This document shows, one piece after another, positions 37,525 through 50,958 of a stretch of DNA of 64,000 nucleotides. The notes below the pieces were generated by a model. The model made no database searches, was not told where the DNA came from, and saw only the letters and a program-made list of their open reading frames with translations. Within the stretch, counting starts at the first letter, position 1. Each line of letters opens with the position of its first letter. The position numbers and the translations under genes are program-made. Source of the DNA: Leucoraja ocellata (taxonomy: Eukaryota); NCBI GenBank assembly GCA_036785375.1, contig JAWMAR010000255.1:1550001-1614000 (forward strand). The letters are read 5' to 3'.

Positions 37525-38284
37525 CTTTTCAGCAGTTCTGTGAACATGGTATAGTTGTTGGGGTGTGATGGAATACTGGGGATGGAGTCTTCGATCTCCT
37601 GTTGGAATGACAGCTAGTCGGCCTTCCGCAGATTGAACCTTCTGCGGAAGAGGACAGTTGTTGTTTGGAGAGCGGATCGGATGGTTATGGTGATTGGCCG
37701 GTGTTGCGTATGGGGGATAGGGTCCAGGACCTCTTTCACAGCTCTGGATGATAGTCCGCTGCTCACATAAACAAGGTCTGGGTTATGTCCTCGTTTCCAT
37801 CTGGCATGTGGAAAGATTTTGGCAGTTTGGCGTCATGGATCAGGGTCAGGTGTTTCGACTCAAGCCAGGTTTTGACTTCATCTCCATCTTGATTGTTCAC
37901 TTCATAGCCCCACAATGAGCTATGGGCATTGAAGTCCCCAATGCTAATGTGGTATTTCCTCTTGCATCTGTCTGGCAGTTCAGAGTGGAGGAACGGACTT
38001 TGGGGGGGTTTATACACTGATGTGACAGAGATGTTTGGGAGGGCAACTGTGATGGTTTCCATTTGCCCTTCGGTGGTGTGGGTGCAGACCTCTTCGATCG
38101 CAAGGTTTGGTCTGCTGAATACAGCTGACCCATACTGTCTGTGTCGGATCTCGACCACCAGCTTCATTCCAGGGATGGCTGGTCGGTGTTGTGTAGGGCC
38201 GGTGTGGGTTTCCTGCATGCACACTATGTCGAAGCGTTTGGCCGCTGTCGCTAGTATGTCTGCCTTGCATCTGGATAAGCCTTC

Positions 38285-38777
38285 AATATAACCAATGAAC
38301 TGGCCTCAACTACCTTTTGTGGCAGAGAGTTCCAGAGATTCACCACTCTCTGTGTGAAAATTTTTTTTCTCATCTCGGTCTTAAAGGATTTCCCCTCTAT
38401 CCTTAAGCTGTGACCGCTTGTCCTGGACTTCCCCAACATCGGGAACAATCTTCCTGCATCTAGCCTGTCCAACCCCTTAAGAATTTTGTAAGTTTCTATA
38501 AGATCCCCCCTCAATCTCCTAAATTCTAGCGAGTACAAGCCGAGTCTATCCAGTCTTTCTTCATATGAAAGTCCTGACATCCCAGGAATCAGTCTGGTGA
38601 ACCTTCTCTGCACTCCCTCTATGGCAATAATGTCCATCCTCAGATTTGGAGACCAAAACTGTACGCAATACTCCAGGTGTGGTCTCACCAAGACCCTGTA
38701 CAACTGCAGTAGAACCTCCCTGCTCCTATACTCAAATCCTTTTGCTATGAATTCTAACATACCATTCACTTTCTTCA
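38285..38777 (-). mobile_element. CR1 LINE body (5'-truncated), contiguous with 34936-35106
   Basis: [22 protein letters not shown]...[13 protein letters not shown]...FTQRVVNLWNSLP. Confidence 0.92.
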
Positions 38778-40100
38778 CTGAAGGCAGCTGAGAGATGAGT
38801 GTGTGGCCAGGATGGTATGGGTCCTTGATGATGCTGGGGCAGTCTTTTTGACTGCGGTAGATCCCCTCGATGGTAGGGAGGTCAGAGCCAATGATGCAGT
38901 GTTTACAACTTTTTGCAGCCTTTTCCACTCCTGGACCCCCAGGTTGCCGTACCAAGCCACGATGCAGCCGGTCAGCATGCTCTCTACTGTGCACCTGTAG
39001 AAGTTTGAGCGAGTCCTCCTTGACATACCGACTCTCCGTAATCGTCTCAGGAAGTAGAGGCACTGATGTGCTTTCTTTATGATTGCATCAGTGTTCTGCG
39101 ACCAGGAGAGATCTTCGGAAATATGCACGCCCAGGAATTTGAAGTTCTTGACCCTTTCCACCATTCTACCCCTTCCAAAGTCCACAATAAGTGCCTTGGT
39201 TTTGCTGGTGTTGAGAGCCAGGTTATTGTGCTGACACTATTTGGTCAATCGGTCAATCTCATTTCTATACTCTGACTCATTCCCATCAGTGATATGTCCC
39301 ACAACAGTGTGTCGTCGGCGAACTTGATGATGGAGTCTGCACTATGTCTGGCTACGCAGTCATGAGTATAGAGTGAGTACAGCAGGGGGCTGAGCACGCA
39401 GCCTTGAGGTGCTCCCGTGCTGATTGTTATCGAGGATGACACATTTCCACCAATATGGACAGACTGTGGTCTGTGAATGAGGAAGTCGAGGATCCAATTG
39501 CAGAGGGATGCGCAGAGACCCAGATCTGAGAGCTTGGTAACCAGCTTGGAGGGGATGATGGTATTAAATGCCGAGCTGTAGTAATTGAATAACAGCCTGG
39601 TATATGAGGTTTTGATGTCCAAGTGGTCCAGAGCGGAGTGGAGAGCCAGTGAGATTGCATCCACCGTTGATTTGTTGTGGCGGTAAGTGGGTCCAGGTTT
39701 TGTTGAGGTATGAGTTGATTTGCACCATAATCAACCTCTCAAAGCACTTCATCACCACAGACATTAGTGCCACTGGTCGATAGTCATTGAGGCACGTCAC
39801 ATAGCTCTTCTTGGGCACAGGTATTGTTGATGCCCTTTTAAAGCAGGTGGGAACCTCAGACCTCAGAAGTGAGAGGTTGAAAATGTCTGTAAAAACTCCA
39901 GCCAGTTGGTCCAAACAGGGTTTTAAAACAAGCCCGGGTATACCATCAGGTCCAGGCGTTTTCCAAACGTTCACCCCTCTGAAGGATCCTATGACGTCGG
40001 CCTCTGTGAACGTAATACCATCACGGCGAATAGGAGCTTGGGAAGGCACACCAGTGTTCTCCCTATCAAAGCGTGCGTAAAATGCATTGAGCTCGTCAGG
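38778..40100 (-). mobile_element. Rex1/Babar-type LINE RT region, frameshifted and 5'-truncated
   Basis: [67 protein letters not shown] and FYRCTVESMLTGCI. Confidence 0.88.
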
Positions 40101-40459
40101 GAAATTTAGTCCCTCTTAGGGGCCAGACTAGGCAATTTTTCATCCAAAAAAATGTAAGTGCATTACATCTCAAATATAAAAGTCCTCGACCACCACTGAG
40201 AAAGATTAAGAAAATAATTGGAATATTGCAACAATTTTTGTTGATCTTGGTCTGCACTGGAATTAGTCATTGTGTATGTGTAAGACTCGGAACAAGTCTC
40301 AACATACTGAGCGAACACATGATACAACAAGGCTATGTCAACTTAACCTTATCGAAAGGAACATTACACGGCAATGCGCTGAAAGAAAGAAAATCCTGCT
40401 GCTGTTCTACAAGCCTTAGGACAATGGAGCAAAATATTCTATAAGCTATTGTCATCCTT

Positions 40460-40860
40460 AAGTTATAGGGTCATACAGCATGGAAGCGGGGCCCATCAGC
40501 GGAACTAGAACACGCCATTCAAGATGTCCTAACTACACTAGCCCCACCTAGCTTTTGGTAATATCTTTCTAATCCTTTCCTATACATGTACCTGTCCAAA
40601 TATCTTTTAAATGTTGTGATAGTACCTGCCTCAATCTTCTGGCAGATCATTCCATATTCCCTTTATGTGAAACGCCCCTCGGGTTCCTACTGGACCACCC
40701 CCACCTTCACCTTAACCCTATGGTTCTTGATTCCCTTACTCTGGATAAAATATTCTGTGCATTTACCTTATCTATTCTCTTCATGATCGAATACTCATCT
40801 ATAGGATCACCCCTCATCTTCCTGTGCTCCTAGGAATAGTGTCCTAGCCTGTTTAACCTC
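40460..40860 (-). mobile_element. Old CR1 3' fragment
   Basis: gtcatacagcatggaa tail, cctgtccaaatatcttttaaatg and cctagcctgtttaacctc, all typical of the CR1 reverse strand. Confidence 0.6.
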
Positions 40861-41769
40861 TAGCCTCAGCACCATCTACAAGATGCATTGTTACAACATG
40901 ACAATCCTCTCTGCACCACTTCTTTCAACTTTTTTCACTTGAAAGGACAACAGGTGCTGCTACCACCTGTAGGTTTGCCTCCTTGTCACACATTGTTCAG
41001 AATATGAAGTATATTGCATTCCTTCACTACTGCTGAGTCAAAATGAAAGCACTCCACATCTAACTGCATTGTGGGCTTTCCCTCGTCATGTGTGTTGCAA
41101 TGACTTACGGGTCAATTAGCATTAATCATTAATGAAACCTTGTTATTGGCACTCAAGCCCTGCAAATTAATAAAACCTTTTATTGACAGCTCAAGTGCAA
41201 ATCAGTTAACAATCATGTGTACAAACATATTGAAATACTGACATTAAAAAAAAAATCCAATCTTCATATCTCTTAATCCACTTTATATTTCCTTATCTAC
41301 CACTACCCATATATTTTGCCTTGACCACCATTCCTGATGACACATCATCTCATCTGCTCTCTGTAACACAGATGTTCCTTGCTTTATGCTTTTTTTAGCT
41401 TCCCTAAAATAAAATGGATTCTTATATTTTCTCCAATTGCAGTGACAGACCATCAACAATAATTAACTCTCTTTCTCCCTCCATATATGCTGATTGACGT
41501 TGAGTATTTCCTGAATTTTCTGATTTTCTTCCAATATTTTCTTCCAATACCATTATTGCATCGTATTGTGTTTGAACTAACATTGTTATGTAGCTGCACT
41601 TTTCAAACAACAGTGGTGATCTAGTTTAGACTTCAGCCACAAACCTTAACATATTTCATAATGCCACGTGAAATCCGAAAATAAATGCACCATTTTATCC
41701 AGGCCAAAAATCCATATCCATTTATACAAATTCTAGAATGCAGCATTAGTCTGTTGATGGGCATTCACA

Positions 41770-41970
41770 AAAGCTGGTGAGTATGTGGAACACTCTGCCA
41801 GAGGAAGTAGTTAGGGCAGGTACAAATACAACTTTTAAAAGACATTTGGACAGGGACATGGATAGAAAAAGTTCAGAGTGATATGGGCCAAGTGCAGGCA
41901 AATGGGATGAGCACGGACAAGTTGGACTGAAGGGCCTACCTCGGTGCTGTATTCCTTTGTGAATCCATGA
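41770..41970 (+). mobile_element. Old CR1 3' fragment
   Basis: tggaacactctgccagaggaagtag...tttaaaagacatttggacagg...gaagggcct. Confidence 0.65.
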
Positions 41971-43790
41971 CCAATGTGATACCCATCAAATTGTCAAACA
42001 GAAAATCTGTCTTTTTCTAGATGTCACACGTACAAATGTCTTCAAGAGGGCTAATAATTGCTATTTGTGCTGTCAATTTAAAGAAAGCAATCAATCACAT
42101 AAAGGAAATGTCTGGCACAGAAGAAGGCTATTCGGCCCAGATATTGCACGCTTGGATTCATTCTCCCCACAAGTCTCTTCTCATCTAAATTCAACTCGCC
42201 TTCTTCCTCCCTATTGTTGTTTTCGCTTCCCCCTAAATGTATTTGTGTTTTTGTCGCATGTTATTTGTTGCAGCGAGTTCTGGGTTTATCACAATCAATG
42301 ACCCGTAACTAAAAGTGCCAGTTATCCCTAATGTACTCGAGGAGGTAGAAGCACTACAACTGAACAAAACAACAACAACAAAACAGTCAATTCCTTAATG
42401 CGGCATGTTAGGGTTTTATGATAATAACTGATAATACTTAAGTGTTGAAAGCAGATTACGTAATAAACATAAAAGACGAATATTTTTAAATGCTGAATAT
42501 TTCTCTTGCAGCGCCTCCTTTGCCTTGGGGGTAAATACGATCTAAAAACTGCGGTGGGGATTGGAGAGAAGGCGAGCTCTTGAGCCAGCAAACCACGCCA
42601 GTCGTTTTTTATTTAATTTCCGTCAGTTTTGTTTTCCTTTTCGTGTCGTGTTGAGATCTGGATCCACGGAAGTCCCCGATGATTTCGGTGATCCCAGCTA
42701 TTCGGTTTGACCCGATGTGAAATAAAATTCGGTTTTACACTAAACTAGAAAGCAGCTTCATAATTAAAACGTAGTTCTATAGTCGAACAGTCTGCCGTGA
42801 AGTATTGAACGTCACACTCAATGGCAATTGTACAAAAGTACTGGATTGCAAATAATCTTATAGCTGCGCTGTGAATCACCCTTCTCGCGCTGCAAGCTGT
42901 ACAAATAGCAGGTTCTATTATGAAAACTCTTTTTACTGCTTAATACATTTGGTTTAAATCCCTGCACTGTTCTCTGAAGTTAAAAAAAAAAACAAGAAAA
43001 GAAAATAGAGAAAATGAGCTTGCGGTTAAGTATAGAATTGTTCTATTAATTCTCCAATATTGATTAAATGCGATAACATCAGCAATTCCTGTTTCGATAA
43101 TGTGGAATATATCTTCTTCAGTTTCGGCGTGGAAAATACATTATTTGCAGGAGTTATCGTAGGAGTTAGCTTTACAAATTCAAGTCCGACAATATGTTTC
43201 TAGATTAGAACTGGCATGGGAAAGAAAATTAGGAAGATGTGTATAATATGATTTACTGGGACCGATATGGTTCTCGTAACAAGCATGTATTTGAATGCGG
43301 CTTGGTCGTCTATTTGTGAAGAATGCGATCTCGTATATCCAGATTCAGACAAGCAAAGCAAGGCGAAAAGAATTAAACTCTCTTTTTCAAAAATCGACAC
43401 TGTGAGTTTGCCTGGTTACTGAAGCAAAGAAAAAAAGCGTTATGCCCACACCTTTCCAGTTTATTTCTGGCCCGGAGTTTTTCCAACACCAATCATCAAA
43501 TACAATGAAAGCTCGGCCGGAGAATGACCGAGACATTACTGGAAATAATAGCCATACAAAGCAACTGAGCGGGGGTTGCCGCTAAAGTCTGTCATCTGAA
43601 ATCGCAGTTCGGCAGTCCACTTAAATCCATGTGGACGTTTTGGCACACAAAAAAGAGGAACTCTCAAGAACAAAACAAAAAGAAAGTGCACATTATCAGA
43701 CAGATCATTAAAATAGTCTTCTTTCCTCGGCTAAATTTAGAAAACCATCTCACATTTCTTACATAGAAAGGATACCGTTCTAATATGTGT

Positions 43791-43913
43791 AAGAAGGAAC
43801 TGCATATGCTGACTTAAAACGAAGATAGACACAAAAAGCTGGAGTAACTCAGCGGTACAGTCAGCAACTCTGGAGAGATGAAATGGGTAACGTTTCGGAT
43901 CGAGACCCTTCTT
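43791..43913 (-). mobile_element. Single-arm Penelope-like repeat truncated at the hammerhead
   Basis: The minus strand reads agaagggtctcgatccgaaacgttaccc...gctgagttactccagc...agcatatgcagttccttctt. Confidence 0.75.
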
Positions 43914-46900
43914 ATAACAATTACTTTAAAAGCATGTATTTGGGCACCAAGATCGATGAACAGCATATTGCACGGATTTCCAATAAATATGTTAACCAGA
44001 GTAAAGTCCGGCGCGTGAGATAGTGCGTATTACAGATAAATAAATTGCATTAACGAGTTTGCTTGCTCTCCGGCATTTATTTGCAATACGTCTTTGTCTA
44101 AGGGGGTGTTTGATTCTTGTTTCGAACAGTCAAAGCCAGCCACACACATTGCCGCAACGGAACTTGTTGATTGTCATTTATTTCCCGCTTGTTTTCAAGA
44201 CTGACCATTGACCATCCCGCCCCATTCCGAAACAATAACAATTTTAGACAGTTTAACTGAACAAAAAACTATTTTAAAAAACCCAAAGGATTCGAAAGAT
44301 GGATTTACAGTGTCAAGAGATATGAGCAAATAATAAACACATTTTAGCAACTGCTACAGAGCCATTAGATGAAACTATATGCTCTTGTTAGTTATTGTCG
44401 ATTTGATTTCATTTCGAATAAAATATGACATCGTTCTTTAAATTCTCCTGGCAATATCTTTGTTGTGGAACGAGTTCATCATAAGACCGTTAATGTTCTA
44501 AACGTCGGAGATTTTCCAGTGAACTTTGTATGTATCCCGCGTTAAGGAAACTGGCCGTTTCACTTTACACTATGTTAAGGAGATCAGATAATATATTGTT
44601 GGAGAAAAGTAAGGTGATCCTCATTTTTTGCAAATGTGTCTATCGTGTTAAAATGTGAACCACAGCGTGGCCATCAGTGATAAACTCAGTTGTGCGCCTG
44701 AGAATAGTCTGAAGCATTAAAAACTCAATCGCCAGAATCCGTTCATGATTCTTGTGTTAGAATCATAGTCGGCAAACAATGGCATCCAAATTGTGATTCA
44801 GATTTCATTTAATTTCGCGTCGTCGCATTCACCAAATGAAAATGTCCCGTGGTCTGACAAATATAATCGGCAAACATAGTTTTCGCTTTGCAATGGAAAT
44901 TCGGGCATGGCGGGGTTCTCGCCTTGTCTATGCCAGTTCGCCGAGAGCAGACTGCGAGAAACTTCAGCCAGAAACTATGTAACCATCCTGACTAATTCAC
45001 CTTATTATGAAATGCTGGTGCACCGGAGTGCTTGCTCTCAGAGATCCAATGTCAAGTTAATTTGGAAGCGGAGCGATTTCCCACCGCCAGGCTTTGTAAC
45101 TTGAGTGAATCGCGGGAAATACTGTCTAGTAACCTGTACATTTGTTAATTGAATAACTGTACTTACGTCTGATTAAGAAAAACGCAATGTGCTGGTTATT
45201 CATAAAATATATTATCAACTACAAAATCTGTGTCAATTTCTGCTATTTACGCTGTCAATTTCACTCACTTAAAGGCACGAGCTCGAACGCTGCAAACATA
45301 ATTGCCGTCAAACTACAGATAATTGTAACCGAAACAGTGAATGTGCAACGTTTAAATCTATGAACAAAGTTCCTTACTGTCAAAACAGTGCGACATGGTC
45401 AGTGTAAGTAAACACCTTTGTTCAAAATGAAACGAAGCGCAGGATACGTCAAAGAAAAGCAATCTACCTGTTGCACAGGCAATTACTTTTTGTCATCGCT
45501 AAATATCTATCTATACCTTTATACGTGTAACAACTTATAACAAAATATAATCAAATGCCTGGATGGAACGAGAATTCCCAGACGGGTGTCGGGTTAGTGT
45601 TCTGTGCACCTGATACTTTGACTTGGGCGTCAAGTGTTGAACGATCCACGGATTTTTAAATATGTAGTTTACTGTATGATTTTCGAGAAAAAATAGTAGA
45701 AATCCGAGCCATCCTCCACAAAGGATTATTCTGGACTTAATATAATTGGATAATTAAATCTGCTCTGACATTAAAAATCATCAGAATCTCCTCAACCTCC
45801 GATCATATCGCCCTTTTTCTATCTTGTATCAATATCATAACAGCTTGTGTCAGGAGTGAGCAGATAGCTGGACACGGCGAGGGGTTGGCCTTTGACTCCT
45901 ACTGTAGTCGGCAGATCATCATCATCATCACTATTTACTCGATCAACATTATTCTGGCCGTTTTTCATCTTCATAATCATCCTTGTTTTTTTCCCGCATC
46001 TCCGGTGTCAACGGGAGTTTATTTTAAACCTCCTTCAACAATCGAAAGATTTTCTTAATTCACACCATCGACCCAGGGTAATACCTTTTTGCGACGAACC
46101 TTTGTCACATTTTAATTAACGAGTGGCGATTGCATAATAGAGTAGTCAAAGAGATTAATTTATTTTCCAAGGAAAATAATTTGTACGCTAACGAACACAA
46201 GATTGTGATCATTTTAATTGGTGGAACTTCAGTAACCAAATTGCTCCCACTCTCACACTTTGATCGACACAAGTGCACATAGTAAGCCATTAATGTAAAA
46301 CAGAATGAACCGTCGCTAATCCTGTAATAAATGCAGTCATTAGCTTATTATTAATTTTACTCGTGGGTAAATACGTGGAAAACTGGAAATATGAATGAGC
46401 AATATAATTTGAATATTGCCCTCTAAGCTTGCAGGAACGCTAGAATAGCTGAAATTAAAAGTTATATCCAGAGTTATAACATTACTCCACATCCTACCAA
46501 TACGACGTTATATTGATTCGTACCTAGTCAATCCCTAAAGAACAGTTAAATATAAGAGTGGGCGGTTTAATTTGGATTAATACTTGCAATTTACTTCCAA
46601 TATTAATACATAATACTTTGTAATTATATTTCCTCGTGTGCGTGTGAATAAGAGATATACAATGTCAATCTTTCCCATGTATATTATCGAGTTCTTCATT
46701 GTATGACTGGGCTGCTTTGCGCAGGTGATGAAAACTGTCGCGGTTGGCAATCTAGGGACATTCCAAATCACTACACGATTCCTTCCCTTTGCTGACCTTT
46801 TATATAACTTTATTATGCGAAATTATGCTTTACTACTCATTGGCCTCCCGTTTAACGAACATATAAAAAATATTGTATTGGATAACAAAACTTGATCGAT

Positions 46901-48901
46901 AGTCAGAAAATAACGCGCACATTGCGTTGATTGGCATTTGATAAGTACACCAATGTTAAAGATATTTTTTCAAAATATAGATTTGTTGAGCGTCTTTAGA
47001 ATGGCATCCTTTGAAATGCCCGTTTGGTGTATGTACCTCAAGCTGATTCATTGTCGAATGCAAATATATCTAACCGCATCTAAGATATAAACAAAGCCAC
47101 TTCAATCCACCTCATCAATTGTGGCTCTTAATGTAACGTTAACCCAATATGGTTAATCATTAATAGCAGGGTCAATTGAATTATTTCTTAAAATTGCCTT
47201 ATAACTTTGAAACGTACCATAAAATCTGCCGATTTGAGAGCCACAATTGAATGTTTATTAGGGTAGCTTTATAATTTATGAGCTGCCATTTCGATTGACA
47301 GGAACTCGCCATATCCCTCTGTAATTATCAATACAGCAGTCACTCTGCCCTCAGGTGGGTCTCTATCGGTAATTTATAGACCATTTAATGATCTCTTTAT
47401 AAGATTATATTGTAACGTTGTTTCAGCGTTATCATCACTGGTGATATTGGACTGTGAGAACCACACATTGTAGTTTCAGACACCTTGTTCCCTTGAAAGC
47501 GCCGATTATCCGATTTCAAATTCTATTCCCTTCCAAAATCTTTGTAACCTCTGCATATTTAAACAATAAAAGTTAGTTCACCGATAAGCATGTCACAGTT
47601 TAATAGCTTTCGCGTAATTGAAAACTATTGACATTTCCGCGTTATTCTGAGTTGTATCACATTTACAGTCGCTTTTAAGATTCAATTTTACGTCTCAATT
47701 TGTCTTCGTGTCGGTCCCAATATACATTTTGCCAATAAATAACGCGGTCAGGATTTCCGTCTGCGCTTTTAGCCAAATCCTGTCACTAGACATCGAAGCA
47801 AACCGAACAAAAAGGTACATAAATTTCCCAGCAAGTTGATCTTGGCATAAACTCTTGATATTTATTTGGTGGTGTAGGAAGGTGTGACGTGGAAGCATTT
47901 AGTGTGTAACGTTGCTACCTAACTAACCTGTAGTGGAGCCTCACCAGCCGCTTGCTAACGGAAATGCTCCAAACGCAACGTACATTGTACAGAAAATAGA
48001 GGAGCGGTGAGACGGAACAACTCTGTTTAAACGTGTGACATGCAGCTCCAAATGTAAACAATGAACGCGAATAGCCCCGAGTGAGGTAAAGTCAAGTTCA
48101 AGTGCCTCCGATCAAACCCTCGTTTGTCTTGGCTTGTGGTCTTGTTCACTCAAACAAGTCCTTGTTTATTTTCGCTCCCCAAATCTACCACATCAAGTTT
48201 CTGTGCTCTCAAAGAATTTAAAAAAAAAGGGGTTATTTGTTTTGTTCTGCTTTTCAGACTTACAGAAATGATTTTCAAACCTGACGTATAATATATTCTC
48301 TGCCCGTGGGCAATCCACATTGCTGGCTGCGAGGGGAGAAACTGCTTGCTGTGTGTTTTATGCGATTGTGCTCGTTTGAAGGACAGGGCGGAAGTTGGAC
48401 GTGTTTGAACTTACTTTCCTTCGGTCGTCGCCGTCAGTCTGAGAGCGTAAACAAGAATCCGCGAGGTTGGTTGTTTTGTTTCGCCGCCAAATGTGCGCCC
48501 GCGTAATTGAAAAAAGGGAAACGCGGGTAGCATTTCCACTTTTTAATATGTATCATAAACTGTTCCACAGCTCCTGCTCCTGATCGTTTTTTTTTTGTCC
48601 GAATTCGAAAGCGTATGGAAATAAATCCCACATTTTCCTCTCAGACTATGTAACAAGTAGCAGATGCGCCGTTTAATCGGATTTTATAGTGAATACATAA
48701 CCTCCCCCATGCCAGTAACCTAAACTCAAATCTCAGCCCATTCCTTGCCGTCAGCCAACATGGAAACGAAAACACTTCTTACACGTGTCTGGTTTTGTAA
48801 CTGGGCGATAATGAATTCCACCTCTATTTCCATCCATTCTTATGTTTTAACAATTCCATATGCAGGAACTAATTAACAGTGGCTGAATCCCGCCCCCGCG
48901 T

Positions 48902-48937
<36 letters not shown>

Positions 48938-49365
48938 GATTATAAACCAATCCCATCATTGTATACAATTTGACATTACTAACTTGTTTTCAAACCCATG
49001 TTTCAGACCAAAACAACCGTCCAAAATAAAACATCCGATAATTCATTAAATCGCCAATTCCCGCTGTGAAAGAAAATGTTTACTCGGGTGGGTAACAGGT
49101 AAATTAAATAAAAATGAAATAAATGAAATCTGCCTGAGGTGCTGAAGGTAAGTTGGTTCACCATTCTGTGTGTTTGCATGGACTTTAAGGAAACTGCTGA
49201 TAGTTCACACTGACAACTCCCCCCCAAATCTATTATAAATTATATGGAACAGCATTCAGAGAAGTGGCTGAGTAGAATTCCAGTAAATGGAACAGAGACC
49301 AAAAGCAGCGAGGAATTAAGAGGGCCTAAAATAATAACGATATCAGCGATTACACCTGAACACGT

Positions 49366-49371
49366 TTTATT
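49366..49371 (-). terminator. Candidate Zic2 polyadenylation signal (copy B)
   Basis: AATAAA on the minus strand about 870 nt after the stop, at the end of an AU-rich 3' UTR. Confidence 0.45.
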
Positions 49372-50236
49372 ATACCTTTGTATGCTGTTAATGATCTCAG
49401 GACATCACACAAGAAGAGGGAAACGTTGCTTTATCTAGAAATTAAAACGGGAACAATCTGAACAATCTGATGTTTACCTCACAATTGTACATATTTATAG
49501 TTAAGAAACATTCTTTATAAATATTGTTTCATCTGTAACAAGTTAATACCATAATTTAATTACAACTGGGATAAATATGGTAAGGCGGCTATTTACAGAA
49601 TGGGTATCGTTGTTACAAAAATTAACAGCACGACTTTTTCACAATCTTCCAATAGTATTTCACAATTTAAACTTGCAAAGCACAAAACATCACAAGATAA
49701 AAACTCAGCTAACAGAAGAAATACATTCACAAGCAATTAATCGTGTTCTTTATGTGTATTTGTGAACTGTAACTTGACTTTGGCACAGTTTCCATTCTAT
49801 ATGATTGGATGAAGATTTTACAATCGGTCTCCCTGCAAAGGGCGACAACTTTCAGCATTAAAATACAAGGAAATCATTCTCTCTGTACGTTTGTGCTTCC
49901 ATTATGTCCAATTTGGGAAGCCTTGTCATCTCAAGGAAGAAATCACTAGCTGTGAAAGAACACTCAGTCTCAAAGATCCCAAATCCAGTTCAGCAGACAG
50001 TCAAAGCTTCTTTTGCACAGAGTTGTAAAAGTGGCCTAAATATTTGTTCCGTGAGACATAAATAAAATTTGATCTTAATTTCTGCAAAATCACTGCAACT
50101 CGGTATTGCTGGTATGGGGGGTTTATTTCGTTCTCAGTTTTTCATTAACGCAGACTGCAGATAAAGCTGTTTGATCTATTTTCAAGTTTAGAGACGGAGG
50201 TGACGATCTTCCACGTTTGGGGCCTTTGGTCTTTTT

Positions 50237-50422
50237 TTACACATACCACTCATTGAAGTTGGAAGAGATGCCGACGTTGGTATGCACGGCAGTAGAGGCG
50301 GGGGATAAATTATTGCTGTTTGGTGGTTCGGCAGACGGTGAGACCAAGACTGGTGGAGTGGACGATTCATAGCCAGAGCTGGCTGCTGGTGAGGACTCAG
50401 AACCTTGAGATGCTTCATGGAC
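50237..50422 (-). CDS. ZIC2: Zic2 exon 3 (copy B)
   Basis: Same translation and splice site as 679-864. Confidence 0.95.
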   Translation of the reverse strand, partial: VHEASQGSESSPAASSGYESSTPPVLVSPSAEPPNSNNLSPASTAVHTNVGISSNFNEWYV

Positions 50423-50442
50423 CTGCATGAGAGAAACAGTCA

Positions 50443-50958
<516 letters not shown>

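Larger units (their letters stand above)
35107..38284 (-). mobile_element. Near-full-length Vingi-like (Ingi-related) non-LTR retrotransposon: AP endonuclease, RT and CCHC knuckle; disrupted
   Basis: Endonuclease motifs IEGLS, CMQETH, SVYKPP and GDFNAHSSLWG. RT motifs PQGSVLAPLLFNIYT and YADD. WGADPPTIRATALALCFSTAEY and C-terminal CSCGAEQTMSHLLEC. (GAA)n tail. TSD aatata(g/a)ccaat at 35095-35106 and 38285-38296. Confidence 0.85.

Noticed and set aside
38251-39063. 270-aa ORF as a novel fusion protein
   Set aside because: Chance read-through across the Rex1, CR1 and Vingi junctions.
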